A stretch of 64,000 nt of DNA from Toensbergia leucococca (Eukaryota): assembly GCA_022813965.1 (NCBI GenBank), contig JALDZS010000005.1:124001-188000 (forward strand), in the 5' to 3' direction. Both the position numbers and the translations under genes were made by a program. Positions 51,608-61,237 of this stretch are shown here, piece after piece. The notes below the pieces were generated by a model. It was not told where the DNA came from and ran no database searches. It saw only the letters and a program-made list of their open reading frames with translations. How positions within the stretch are numbered: the first letter of the stretch is position 1; each line of letters opens with the position of its first letter.

Positions 51608-51914
51608 TGGTCATCTGAGGTCGCACCACGATTTAGCATTGGCAATCAAGATGCATGATAGATGGGAAATGAAAACTTCAGGCCAGGGATTGGGAACAGT
51701 AGCAGAAGCTCATATCGTAGGGAGACATCTGGCACGGAGAATAAACTGGGTATATTCGAACTAATCTACAAATTTTGCAAATATTCCAATTTCGGAATTG
51801 TGAGCCACCCAACACCGTCGCGATGCATGCTGACCCTAGAAGAGATCCTAAAGCTTGCCCTTGAACGCCTTTACTTGACCCTTTTGACCCAAACTCTTGT
51901 CTGCCCCCATTCCC

Positions 51915-52340
51915 TCACAAGAAAAAACTCGCAATCCACCACAGTACCACCACAATTCCTACAAGCATTCCCGCAAGCTTGAATATGGCAACTTTATTCC
52001 CAGCCTGGGCCATGCGGCCTAGACGGCCCGCGCTGCCTTTCAGGGATGTGGAGAGTGAGGAGAAAACTTCTGTCTGTTTCACCATTGATATATTAGCATC
52101 AGCACATGTTGTTTTTCAGGGGGAGGCGGGGAATGAGAGGTAGTTGGGTGTGCATACGCTGTTGTCGATGACATCTTGACTCCGGGCGTTGTCGTAGATG
52201 TCTACTGTTATTCCGCGCAGAGCGGAGACTTTGGAGGAGAGTTCGGAGAGGCGGTCGTTGTTTTGGCTGCGTGGTGGTTAGTGAGAGGTAGTGGGAGGAG
52301 AGAAAGAAAGCTACCTTTCGCGCTCGTAAGCGTCGGACAT
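51915..52340 (-). CDS. SFT1: Small Qc-SNARE, Sft1/Bet1-like (about 97 aa); introns about 52267-52314 and 52074-52157
   Basis: Spliced MSDAYERESQNNDRLSELSSKVSALRGITVDIYDNARSQDVIDNSTEVFSSLSTSLKGSAGRLGRMAQAGNKVAIFKLAGMLVGIVVVLWWIASFFL*, which is a SNARE heptad plus a C-terminal TM helix. Confidence 0.88.
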
Positions 52341-53023
52341 GGTCCTTGTGGGGTGAGTATGTTTTTATGTTTTAGAAGAGGGTTATTTAAGGATGCGTGA
52401 GCGCATGCCTGGGAGGAGGTGAAGTGATGGTGCCCTGTATCTGACTAAGGTAGTGAAATTTAAAAGCTGTCAATTTAACCGTAGTGCGTAAGTATTTTAA
52501 TCACCTCTTGGCAAAGGGCCCTTTCGTTTTGTTCCCGATGCCCGACCTCACTTCACGGCCCTTACCCTTTCCCAACAACATTGGGGTCAATCCATTACTA
52601 GGACAAACGTTCTCAATGTGTGACAGCAAAAGATGTTGAAAGACTGCTCGTCTCCTCAAAAAATGCTCGAGCTGCTGATAGTTCTGCACACAGCACTACA
52701 CGGGGTGTCCGTTTCCGGAGAATAAGCATCCGCTTTGGGAAGAAGGTAGAGCAGTCTTACTATTCTTTATGCCTTACCTTTTTAGGTATGATCGGCATTG
52801 TAGACATCATGACAAGTACGCATCAGGACGTTAAGTTAGCTCTCTTATCAATTGAGGACTTCTCGAACAATAAGCATTGTCACATCATGATTTGATCTGA
52901 GTGAAGCAGAATTGTGTCTTGTGTTTCATTAAATATACCCAATTTCCGAAAAACACTCAAACACCATCGCTATGCCGCTAATGTCATGCCAGTTTTCCAA
53001 AAACGTACTAAGCATTACATGAT

Positions 53024-54418
53024 TTACTGTTCACAAGTCGCCCGCCAGCGGTCGATCTTTTCCCTCCTTGGTCCGTAATCCACCATGCTTATGCTGTCTG
53101 AGATTTCGACTGATCTTGCGTTCCAGTCGTCCAGTTCTGGTGGCTCGACTGGATCGTCAAAGTTGTTCCGAGCGCTTTCAACACCTTCCATCCATGCTTC
53201 GATAAAGTTTCTGTTGACTGAGGCTGCTGCAGAGGCTTCATAGCTGTCCGCATAACCATCGCTTTGCGCCCGGAAATTTGATTCCTGGTCCCATGTGGTG
53301 CTGAGAGCCCCAATATTTCTGGCTCGCTCTTTGGCCTCTTTGAGTCCGGCTTCAGCATCTATGACTGCTCTTGTCAGTATTTGGTCGGCTTCAACGCCTA
53401 GAAGGTCAAACTGGGTCCTCGGGAGATCACATTCGCCATCGAAAACAGCTTGTTGATATGCCATCAAGTCCTGTTCGTAGTCTGCATGTCGTGTGTCGAA
53501 TGCCTTTTGCATCACGTCGACTTTTTGCTTCGCCAGCTGGACATCTTCGTATAATCTGCGGCGATAAAGGTCTTCCAAGCTTGCCTTTGACTTATTGTTC
53601 CCACTTGATAATGTTGACTGCTGCGCGTTGTTAGGCGTCCCCAAAGCACCAGGATAGCTTTTGTCCTCCGACTCGGGCAAATTAAGCAAATCAGCTTCTG
53701 CTAGGATATGGCTGAATAGTTCTTCCATACCAATCCGTAAGAATTCTAAGCTCCTCTTTTCCATTTTCACTTCCTCCTCCATGTACTCTCTCTCTTCACG
53801 GCCACTTAGTATCTCTTCCTCCTTCTCTGAAATCTCTTGGCCCAATTTGGCTTTTTCCTCTTCGTTATCTGTTGCTTCTATCAAGCCTTTTGATTGTTCC
53901 ACATATATTCGGAGAATATTTGCCTCCCTTCTAGTGTCGTCAAATCTGCTCTCGATAGCTTTTACTTGGCTGCTTTTCCCGATAATTTGATTGAGTTGAG
54001 AGACCATTTCTTGGGTGAGGAGGACAGCGAGGCAGTCTTTAGTCCCGTCATTCGCGATAATCACCCGACTTAGTCCTTCCGTGTACTGGACGGTCTCCTG
54101 CGTTTCGTGCCCTACAGTATTCATCGAAATTGGCCGTTGTGGATGAGAATTAGCCTCGCATAGATCCTGCGTCTCGGAAACTATTGTGAGGTTCGGCTCA
54201 TGCGCTTCAAGTCGCTGGCCAGAAAGTTTCGGGGAAGCACTGTAGGCCGACCTTGAACAAGAGCCGGCAGGTGTCTTGTATTGGGACCTGTTTGCCGATG
54301 TTTGTGAGTGAGAGCTTTGTCCCACTGAAGGCAAATGCTCTGACTCCAACTCTTGCCTGATTTTCCACGATTGGACGATTCCAGTGAGTGTTCTTTGAAC
54401 GAATCCTCGAACATCCAT
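53024..54418 (-). CDS. Hypothetical coiled-coil protein with an acidic C-terminal motif region (464 aa)
   Basis: Long intronless ORF with Glu-rich heptads and tail WDQESNF…DGY…FIEAWMEGV…ELDDW…SDSIS…IDRWRATC. Confidence 0.8.
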   Translation of the reverse strand: MDVRGFVQRTLTGIVQSWKIRQELESEHLPSVGQSSHSQTSANRSQYKTPAGSCSRSAYSASPKLSGQRLEAHEPNLTIVSETQDLCEANSHPQRPISMNTVGHETQETVQYTEGLSRVIIANDGTKDCLAVLLTQEMVSQLNQIIGKSSQVKAIESRFDDTRREANILRIYVEQSKGLIEATDNEEEKAKLGQEISEKEEEILSGREEREYMEEEVKMEKRSLEFLRIGMEELFSHILAEADLLNLPESEDKSYPGALGTPNNAQQSTLSSGNNKSKASLEDLYRRRLYEDVQLAKQKVDVMQKAFDTRHADYEQDLMAYQQAVFDGECDLPRTQFDLLGVEADQILTRAVIDAEAGLKEAKERARNIGALSTTWDQESNFRAQSDGYADSYEASAAASVNRNFIEAWMEGVESARNNFDDPVEPPELDDWNARSVEISDSISMVDYGPRREKIDRWRATCEQ

Positions 54419-55011
54419 CTTGAGAAAGTCGGAGTGTGTCTATCGGGTATATCACCCTCCTGCTTCTGTGTTGATCTTGACCTGCGATGAAGGTTTGGGG
54501 AGGGATTCGAAAGGTTTGAACGTTTTTGGATTTGCAAAAGGGAACGAATAAAACGTATAAAGATGTGTTGGAGAGAATGAGAAAGACCATCATATATGTA
54601 TCTGAACCGTACTTCTTTGTTCGCTGGTGTTATCTTTGTCTGTTCATAGCAGCTTGGACAACACTTTTTGTTTCTTCAACAGACTGCTTTGTCGCTCACA
54701 TACAATGGTAGTCATCCACAGTATCACTGAACAGTCCTGTTGTTCTTTCGAATGATGGGGCTTTTCTTTCAGCGGTCATTGAATCAGACGCCTCTTTGTC
54801 CCGAGTATTTATTTCGCATGTATTCCCATTTCGCTTCCATCCCTTATCACTCACTTAAAGGCTTTTCCAAGTCTCGATTCGGTTCTACTCGAAAGGCTTC
54901 TCATCTAACCTAGCTCTTCGAGATCTCGGCCCCTTTCTACTTGCACAGCTACCCACCAAGTCTCACATTTTGCGTATTCACAAACGCTCTACACTTACTA
55001 CATACCATCGC

Positions 55012-56004
55012 ATGTTACCCAGAAATATGGGTAGCAAGTTTGTGCGCCCATCCCTTGCAGGGAAAAGAGGACTCGAGGCTGTGGAGGAGATTGAGTCTCC
55101 ACAGACCCCTCAGGCAACGACTTTTCAAGCACCAAAGGTACGGGCTAAATGGGCAGCATCTCCCGTTACGGAATCTCCTTCCAAAGATGATGGCTTCACG
55201 ACTGTCTCGCGTTCCAAGCATCCAAATTCGAATTATCAGCCGGCCGCCTCAGGCCTACATTCTAGGTTAGGACCATCACCTTTGGAGTCACGGTTTAATA
55301 ACGGTTTTAACAATAGGTCGAACATCCAACACCCCCAACAACATTCTAGACTAGGTACCACTCCCCCTAGCGCAGCTGCTGCCGGCAGGAGCCAAGTATA
55401 TGAACCAAACAAAAAGCAGCGCTCAAATTACATGAAACAGTCATGTCTACCTGTCGACGAGAGGGATCCCGCCCTTATGCGAGTTGAAGGCAACAAAGGG
55501 CAGAAGGTCCCGAAGGAGAAATTTAAACTTGGGATGATAATTCGGGCAGTACTTCACGAGCCAGACTTTACTGGGGGCAGAGGGACGTCGAACATCACTG
55601 TCGCAGGTAATTACACGACCAACACCACTTACGGACCGGTACATTCAAAATGCCGTAAGATGATTATCGTGGCCCTTTACGAAGACAACTATGTTTGCCT
55701 TCCCCTATATACCCATAATGGCAGAGGACTTCAGAGCAAGGCCAATCCTGACGAATTCGTCTCTATCAAAGACCATCGGATGAAAGGCGAGTTTACGCGT
55801 TTATCTAAGCACCAGGTTGCCGTCACAGAGAAACTCCATCCGGATATACATCCCTTTCATCTGAAAAGCACAGCTCATCTAACATATCCTGTTTCTAGGC
55901 AGTATAGCCTTCCTGTAATAGTAGAAGGTGAGCTACATAACTTGTCGACTCAAGGCTTGATTGAGTTGTTTCAAGAATTTACTCTGAAAGGTACGAAGCT
56001 TTAA
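55012..56004 (+). CDS. Protein with disordered N-terminus and C-terminal DUF6590-like / PemK-MazF-like domain
   Basis: FKLGMIIRAVLHEP…GPVHSKCRKMIIVAL…YVCLPLYTHNGRGL…STAHLTYPV…VEGEL…STQGLIELF. First ATG at 55012. Confidence 0.75.
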   Translation: MLPRNMGSKFVRPSLAGKRGLEAVEEIESPQTPQATTFQAPKVRAKWAASPVTESPSKDDGFTTVSRSKHPNSNYQPAASGLHSRLGPSPLESRFNNGFNNRSNIQHPQQHSRLGTTPPSAAAAGRSQVYEPNKKQRSNYMKQSCLPVDERDPALMRVEGNKGQKVPKEKFKLGMIIRAVLHEPDFTGGRGTSNITVAGNYTTNTTYGPVHSKCRKMIIVALYEDNYVCLPLYTHNGRGLQSKANPDEFVSIKDHRMKGEFTRLSKHQVAVTEKLHPDIHPFHLKSTAHLTYPVSRQYSLPVIVEGELHNLSTQGLIELFQEFTLKGTKL

Positions 56005-56655
56005 TGGAGAGGAAAGACTTCTCGACTAAGATTTGATGGATTTCGTGGCATGTGGGAATGGGATTAAGATATTGTTATTTTGTGTAAGCGATATTGGTAT
56101 CGAATTTTGGACTTTAGATGGATTATTTTTGCTTGTCTTTCATTCGTTGTATTCGTTCATCAATTAATCGCTGCATGCATATTTCTACCTAAATTCCTTC
56201 ATACTCATATTTTGACTGTACAACTGTTCTTTGTTCTTTGTTCATGATCTGAGTTGGAGCTTCATTTTGAAGTGTTTCAGAACCTATGTCTCCTCAGACA
56301 CGGTTAGCCATGCCTTTGATAGCAGTAATTCGCATTCAGTAGAAATGTTTCTTAGTCTGCACGAACTCGCTCTGAAAAAGAGATTTGAGATTCAAGGGAT
56401 GGAAACGATGTTTTACACATTATGATGATCAAGTTCTTTGAAAAAATAACGCATTAAGTTTGAAGCACGTCGAAGTAAATCACTGAGTAACATCATCAAA
56501 ATTTCTTGAAATACCGTCATGTTCACATTCTGTATACTAGGGCCAACTTTTTCAAATATTTCAGTCTGTGGGTCTGAAAGGATCGAATGATCCCCAAAGA
56601 AAGAGTAATTCTATTATGCAGGACTCTTGACTTACTCCGTACCTCAAAATATCAT

Positions 56656-57126
56656 TCAGAATGCATACCATTTCGTCGCTTCTTCATACTCCTCAGCCGC
56701 CAACTCATCCTCATACTGCCTCTGTTTCTCTTTCATCTCCCATTTCCTATCCTCCAATACGAGCGCATAAACAGTTTCTCTTGATTCTGGCGGTGATGCA
56801 ATGTCAGTTCCGTGGAAGCATTCGTCTCTATATCGTCGAAGAGCCAGCTCGAGGTCCCAGTCAGCCTCATCAATCAAAATAGCTGCGCGCCAGGGTGGCA
56901 GGTGCTCGTTGGTGAGCTCCAGAAATTTGTCGATGCTGCGAACTTTTTGCTTGTCATTGAATATTTCGGGCGAGAGCAGGAGGTAGTAATGATCCTTCGT
57001 CACGTCTGGCAGTCCGTAGTCTGTTCTGTCGATGAGAATGTTTCGAGCTTTGGACCGTACTTTTGGCCAGAAATCTTTCATCCTGGATTTTACTGCGCTT
57101 TTCCAATTGATGAATCCAGGCAGCAT
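56656..57126 (-). CDS. Hypothetical 156-aa protein with a UBA-like segment
   Basis: IDKFLELTNEHLPPWRAAILIDEADWDLELALRRY resembles UBA-like helices. TATA-like elements lie upstream at about 57156 and 57226. Confidence 0.6.
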   Translation of the reverse strand: MLPGFINWKSAVKSRMKDFWPKVRSKARNILIDRTDYGLPDVTKDHYYLLLSPEIFNDKQKVRSIDKFLELTNEHLPPWRAAILIDEADWDLELALRRYRDECFHGTDIASPPESRETVYALVLEDRKWEMKEKQRQYEDELAAEEYEEATKWYAF

Positions 57127-57915
57127 GATGCTGGTTGTTGGTTGGGGTTGATGTTTATATAGGTAAAGTGTTCAAAGAAGTCTGCTTGTGTGAGCGTATG
57201 TTGATATCTTAGCAGATGGACTCTGTATATATATAGGTGGGTCAAATTCTTTGCAACGGCATCGTCTCACTCTTCAGTCTCTATAATTTTCTAGTGTTTT
57301 CTAACAAGTACTCTGTGACTGAGATTGGTTTTGTCTTTTCTCGTTGTCTGCTTTATTCGTCAACAAAGAGTATCTTTCACATGTCTTCATAATTGAATAA
57401 TAGCTTTGTCAATATTCACTTTGGCGCACACAAAGAGCCTTACTTATGTGGGTACTATTTCCCTCTTTAGAGTTGTACTACCAATCCCACAGATCGCCAC
57501 TCAATCCGACCCCAGCATAGTATCAGTAGAGTACCATCAATCGCGTGTATCAAATACTTCTACGGGGACACTTTCTCGCGCAACTCTCTGTTTCTTGTTG
57601 TCCAAAACAATCTTATTTACTGTTGCTATGCTGCTCCGTTCCTCCCAGTCTATTGCTCTATGTCATGATTGTTCGTCCTAATTGAGTCATTTCCTCACTT
57701 ACTGTCGAGCATTGTTCGATCTAATCTAAACTCTATTTGGAAGTATATAAGTCTTCTCCTCTTCTTTTCGGAATAGCACCTTTCTTTCAACCTACCAGAC
57801 ACTTCCAAATCCTGAATGCACCAACACGTGCACTCAATCAGTAACTAACACAGCCATCGCACCTCTCCGTACTAAAATACCACTCTTTCATCTTCAAGGC
57901 TTCATCCCAGTCAAC

Positions 57916-58380
57916 ATGTGTCTTGAAGAGGTAGATTTGTTTCTGTGTGATCATGTTCAAGCGACCAGGGTGGTGTTTCGCTGTGGCGTCTTGCAAGGCG
58001 GCCCCTGTGCCACTCCAATCCAAGACAAACTTATCACCAAGAACATTTTTCCACAGTGTCAACCATTATTGGAGAGCTTCTCTAAAGCCAGAGAACATGT
58101 CACTGAGAAAGATTTCATTGCCGGAGAATCCCTTGAGAAGAAGGAGCCAGCCTTGAAGAAAGGGCCTGGGATGACGGCGTGGTCTGCAATCAAGAAGGTA
58201 CAGTTTCAGTCTGAGGGTAAGAGTAACGCTGAGAAAGAAAAGAGCGCTGGTAAGGCTGACAAAGAGAATAGCGCCGTTGAGGCCGGCAAGGAGAATAATG
58301 CTAGTGAAGCTGAGCCTCCTGAGAGCACTGAGGATGAGCATGATTACCGTGGTCTTCATCAAGGAGATCCTGAGACCTAA
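57916..58380 (+). CDS. Small protein with N-terminal Cys/His motif and charged repetitive tail
   Basis: MCLEEVDLFLCDH…C…C…C followed by (A/G)xKE(K/N)xA repeats. TATATAA at about 57744. Confidence 0.6.
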   Translation: MCLEEVDLFLCDHVQATRVVFRCGVLQGGPCATPIQDKLITKNIFPQCQPLLESFSKAREHVTEKDFIAGESLEKKEPALKKGPGMTAWSAIKKVQFQSEGKSNAEKEKSAGKADKENSAVEAGKENNASEAEPPESTEDEHDYRGLHQGDPET

Positions 58381-58728
58381 CTATCTGTTAACAGGAACTT
58401 CGAACTTGTGTCATTCCTGAGTTCAAAGTCGTTGATGAAGAGGTAAATACGACTCTGAGTGTTCAAATATGAGAATTCATATGAACGGGAGAACGACTGG
58501 GTGAGATCTTTGTTAGTCTCTGAACACTGAGGAAGTTGCTTAAGATTCAATTTATTAAGTGTGAACCACTGATATTCCGTCTAGTGAGTTCTTGGTTCTA
58601 TTTAGTCTTTAGCATGTGGAATGGTAGCGGGTTTTGAAAAGAGCCTCATTTAGAAAAGGCTGGTATCTGTATTGAAATGCTTTGTGATGATCTGCTGACA
58701 CTTTGACAGTGCGGTAGAATCCTTTTCA

Positions 58729-58992
58729 ATGATCTCAACCCAATATCTACATGCACCCGGATGTCCACACTACCAAACCGGCTTCGATGAATGCTCAGAC
58801 GCCATCCTCTTCAGCCTTCCCGAATGCCCATGGTACCAAGAAGTCCAAGTAAACAACCCAGAATGTGAACATTGAGTAAAAGTCCCCATGTCGGCGCTTC
58901 GATGGAATCGAAGTGAATGGCTCATCGTGCAAATCTCACTCAACTTTGGTATCTTCGACAAGACGGTTTTTGTTTTTGGAAGACAAGGCTGA
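58729..58992 (+). pseudogene. Small Cys/His-motif ORF with in-frame TGA (58873-58875) at a CxxC position
   Basis: MISTQYLHAPGCPHYQTGFDECSDAILFSLPECPWYQEVQVNNPECEH(TGA)VKVPMSALRW…; the frame continues 38 codons to a TGA at 58990-58992. Confidence 0.35.
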
Positions 58993-59371
58993 GGTTGGTA
59001 TGGCTTGGCGGCATTGAAAGACGTATCTTGGAATGTAGGTCGGTGTTTGAGGACCGGTTTTTGATTTGAGTTCTTTTCAAGAGTAGGTATGCTTTAGAAT
59101 CCAAGCCCTAATTATCGAATCTTTTAAGCGAGATTCATGTTACTCTGCTGTGCCTAGTTGCTTTGTGACAACGAATTTCCTTGATCTTTTTGCCCACGAT
59201 TCGTTCGTGAGGTGTGCAAATTGACGTGGGCGTAGTGTTCCCGGCAAGGAAGGTGATGAGAAGCTGATCTGAATGAGGCTGGTATTGACTTCTGAGCTCA
59301 CTTTGATCGGTGAAGGAACCTTTCCTTTAGAAAACTTGAAGTTCTCATGTAGTGTTATGAGATTGAAGATA

Positions 59372-60280
59372 TCACTTTACATATTTCCTCCAATCATGGA
59401 CATCTTTGTACCCTAATACCTCTCTAATCTTTCGATTACTCAACGGTGCTTCCCATTCCCCCATCTCTCTCGTCACTGGCGTTCCCGGACACATCTCCTT
59501 CAGAAATTCACTAGTTGGCTGTCTCGTTGTAATAGTATCGTTCGTAGCATTGAACACCTGAAAGCCGAGTCCACTCCTCTCAACACACAAATCGCAGATC
59601 TGACCTAAATCACGCGCGTCAATATAACTCCACGCATTCCTCTTTCTCCCCTCAGGCTTATCCAAGTACCCGGGGAAGTCTCTTTCGTATTCATGCGGCT
59701 CGACCACATTTCCGATTCGCAACGCATAGATATCCACCCCGAATCTCCGCGCAAATGACCGAGCAGTCCTTTCGCCGCAGAGCTTGCTCGTGGCATAAGT
59801 ATCCTCGGGGTCAACATCATAATCTTCTTCTAATGGAAAAGAATGATAATCTTGATCTCCCTGCGCAAAGCACACCCCGTAAGTTGTCTCTGAGCTTGCA
59901 ATGACAATTTTCTTGATCCCTAGTTTGCACGCCGCTTCGATGACGTTATATGTGCTTAGTACGTTCCCTCGGAAGCACTCGCTATCTGGCACAAGCATGT
60001 TGCGAGCGTATGCAGCAAAATGAATTACTGCGTCCACCTTTTCCACCCGTGGCCCATTGTACCCAGCCATATCAAAATGTGAGGTCAGCGCATTGAAGAC
60101 TTGACCACTATCGGTGAGGTCTGTCTTGAGTGTAAAAACAGCAGGATCTGGGAAGGGAACGAGGTCGAGATTGAGGACCGAATGGCCTTTGGACAAAAGG
60201 TAAGGAATGCAGTGACGACCGGCTTTACCAGAGCCTCCGGTGAAGACAATGCGCTTTCCTGCGGCGGATGAGGTGGTCAT
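59372..60280 (-). CDS. NAD-dependent epimerase/dehydratase (extended SDR), intronless
   Basis: TGGSGKAG Rossmann motif, DAVIHFAA, IASSETTYG, YATSK (YxxxK), LRIGNV, WSYIDARD. Confidence 0.92.
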   Translation of the reverse strand: MTTSSAAGKRIVFTGGSGKAGRHCIPYLLSKGHSVLNLDLVPFPDPAVFTLKTDLTDSGQVFNALTSHFDMAGYNGPRVEKVDAVIHFAAYARNMLVPDSECFRGNVLSTYNVIEAACKLGIKKIVIASSETTYGVCFAQGDQDYHSFPLEEDYDVDPEDTYATSKLCGERTARSFARRFGVDIYALRIGNVVEPHEYERDFPGYLDKPEGRKRNAWSYIDARDLGQICDLCVERSGLGFQVFNATNDTITTRQPTSEFLKEMCPGTPVTREMGEWEAPLSNRKIREVLGYKDVHDWRKYVK

Positions 60281-61237
60281 TGTGAAGGCTTGGTAAAAGA
60301 GAGGAGTGATTGGAGCCTTGGATGAGCATCAGTGAGGTTAGAACTGGGTAGGTCCTCTGCACATTGAAAAGAGATGACATCAGGCCCAGGATGATCGTTG
60401 TGGTCCCTGCTGGTGATCGTGGATCGGTAGAATAGGCCCGAAAGATAGCACAACACGTGACTACCAGCGGGTTTGGAGCCCTAACTTACTGTCCCTCAAG
60501 CGAAATATATCAAGTTGCCATTTGTACTGTCAAAATCAAATTATGTACCACACGTGCACGTACACGTCTCCGTTTCTTTCTATTCTATTCCGCTTCCTGT
60601 GAATCGTGCGAAGGCAGCATTTATGCGTAGGACGGCTGGAGTTATGCGATTCTTAACGCAAGATTCACCCCGTTTTCTCACTTTCCAAAATTTCTGGTTT
60701 CTACAAAGATTGCCACGTCACATCAGAGACCAAGTTAAGCCCACATTCCAAGGGTCTCAGCCTCAGCTTGTATCTTTGGTGCACATTCGCCGACTTCTGC
60801 TACTTCTTCAGCTCTCATCCTCTGCTGATCCTCTAATTCACCTGCGTTGCCACTTATCTACACTTCTACATGTCTCTACAAGTCAAAATCCTCTGAGCCA
60901 GCTCTCTTTTCAAAGCTGTATCTTACTCTTCTTCTGACTGCCACTAAATTTAACCCTCTACTCTACCTGCTTGCTACCTTATCTAAACAAGCCAGCGCAC
61001 TCCAAGCCATCTGTTCTTCAAAGGCTGTATCCTGGTCTTCTTCCAGTTGCCGCTAGTCTGACGCTCTACTTCGCTTACTCTGCTATCTTTCGCACAAGCC
61101 AGAACAGCTCAAGTCAGCTCTTTATTTGGAAGACTCATCCTAGTTTCCTTCTGACTACCACTGGTTAAGGCCTATCGGTATCTATCCTGCAACCAACAAT
61201 AGTCAAGAGAATCGAGCAACCTCCTACATATCTGATA

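Noticed and set aside
50815..51645. 276-aa minus-strand ORF
   Set aside because: Antisense to the Pro/Ser-rich ArfGAP exon, explained by codon bias.
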